Below, in pieces: positions 63,438 to 64,000 of a DNA stretch of 64,000 bases. Origin of the DNA: Candidatus Gorgyraea atricola. GTDB lineage: Bacteria; Omnitrophota; Gorgyraeia; Gorgyraeales; Gorgyraeaceae. A model generated the notes under the pieces. It had not been told where the DNA came from. It saw only the letters and a list, made by a program, of their open reading frames with translations, and made no database searches. How positions within the stretch are numbered: the first letter of the stretch is position 1; every line of letters starts with the position of its first letter. The DNA lies in assembly GCA_030765235.1 (NCBI GenBank), contig JAVCCW010000029.1:76939-140938 (forward strand), in the 5' to 3' direction. A program made the position numbers and the translations under genes.

Positions 63438-63541
63438 AGCCCTGGATATAAAGCCCTGGAGACGTCTACCAAGTTGTTCGGGAAGCTGTCTTCAAATCAA
63501 TCGGGAAACTGTCTGTAGTGTGGGTGGTTATTTTTAAGACT

Positions 63542-64000
63542 ATGACATTGTTTAAGAAAAAGTATAATTCAGGGATTAAGGGAGCATTGTCGACTTTTGT
63601 AGTGCTGTTTTTGCTTGCAGGATCTTTGCGCGCGGATGATTTTCTTAGAGTGAGAATAGATGACTCTACGCATACCCGTATACGTGAAATGTGTGGGATG
63701 TACTATAGTTTGGAGTCAACTGTAACAACACAAGTTGCTTTAATGGAGATAGGGAAAATTGAACAGATAGGAAGGCAGACAATCCCGTTCTATGAAAGTA
63801 AATACCAGAAGCCACTATTTGTTACTACGATGGTCGCAAGAGATTTTATAAATGACGGTAGGGCTGTTGGCGGCTATAAAAATCGAGATAAAAGTATCAA
63901 AGGGCTTTCGTTTGTTTTGGTGGCCACTGATCTTGCTGTATCTGAGGTAATAGGTTTTGAGCTCAACCCTAAAATCAGAGTTGGGCCAAAAGGCGAATTA
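63542..64000 (+). CDS. Signal-peptide orphan, runs off the window end
   Basis: Manual translation open to 64000: MTLFKKKY...FVVLFLLAGSLRA-DDFLRVRI. Confidence 0.7.
   Translation, partial: MTLFKKKYNSGIKGALSTFVVLFLLAGSLRADDFLRVRIDDSTHTRIREMCGMYYSLESTVTTQVALMEIGKIEQIGRQTIPFYESKYQKPLFVTTMVARDFINDGRAVGGYKNRDKSIKGLSFVLVATDLAVSEVIGFELNPKIRVGPKGEL

Overview
Gene-dense, almost entirely + strand core-genome segment of a diderm bacterium. Gene content and protein style suggest PVC superphylum, possibly Candidatus Omnitrophota (inference, not verified). It carries about 55 housekeeping genes: comEA/comEC, bamD, lptE, holA, rpsT, murJ, uvrC, prfB, secA, lnt, lysS, lolCE/D, ilvE, mcsA-mcsB-clpC, mlaEFD, yacL-ispD-ispF-cysS, tmk-holB-ricT-metG-iscS-tatD, mtnA-thiL-tsaE-tsaB-alr-greA, ilvDBNC-leuA and aroE-pilD-aroC-aroK. 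Two unusual layers sit on top. (1) Five AT-rich orphan genes are inserted among the core operons. All begin with a signal peptide followed by a shared 'xLR(I/P/V)' motif, and four carry unrelated, mostly cytoplasm-type cargo: an HxGH nucleotidyltransferase-like domain, a J-domain with triple repeat, an HExxH membrane protein, and a methyltransferase-like plus pseudokinase fusion. This may be a family of exported effectors. (2) The window is densely colonised by several families of short palindromic repeats (GTAG-tagged REP-like, GTCATTGCGAG-type, TAACTTTAC-ended, GCCCCG-ended, heptamer arrays) that nest in each other, supply stop codons and sit in frame inside proteins. No rRNA, tRNA, CRISPR array or transposase was recognised.
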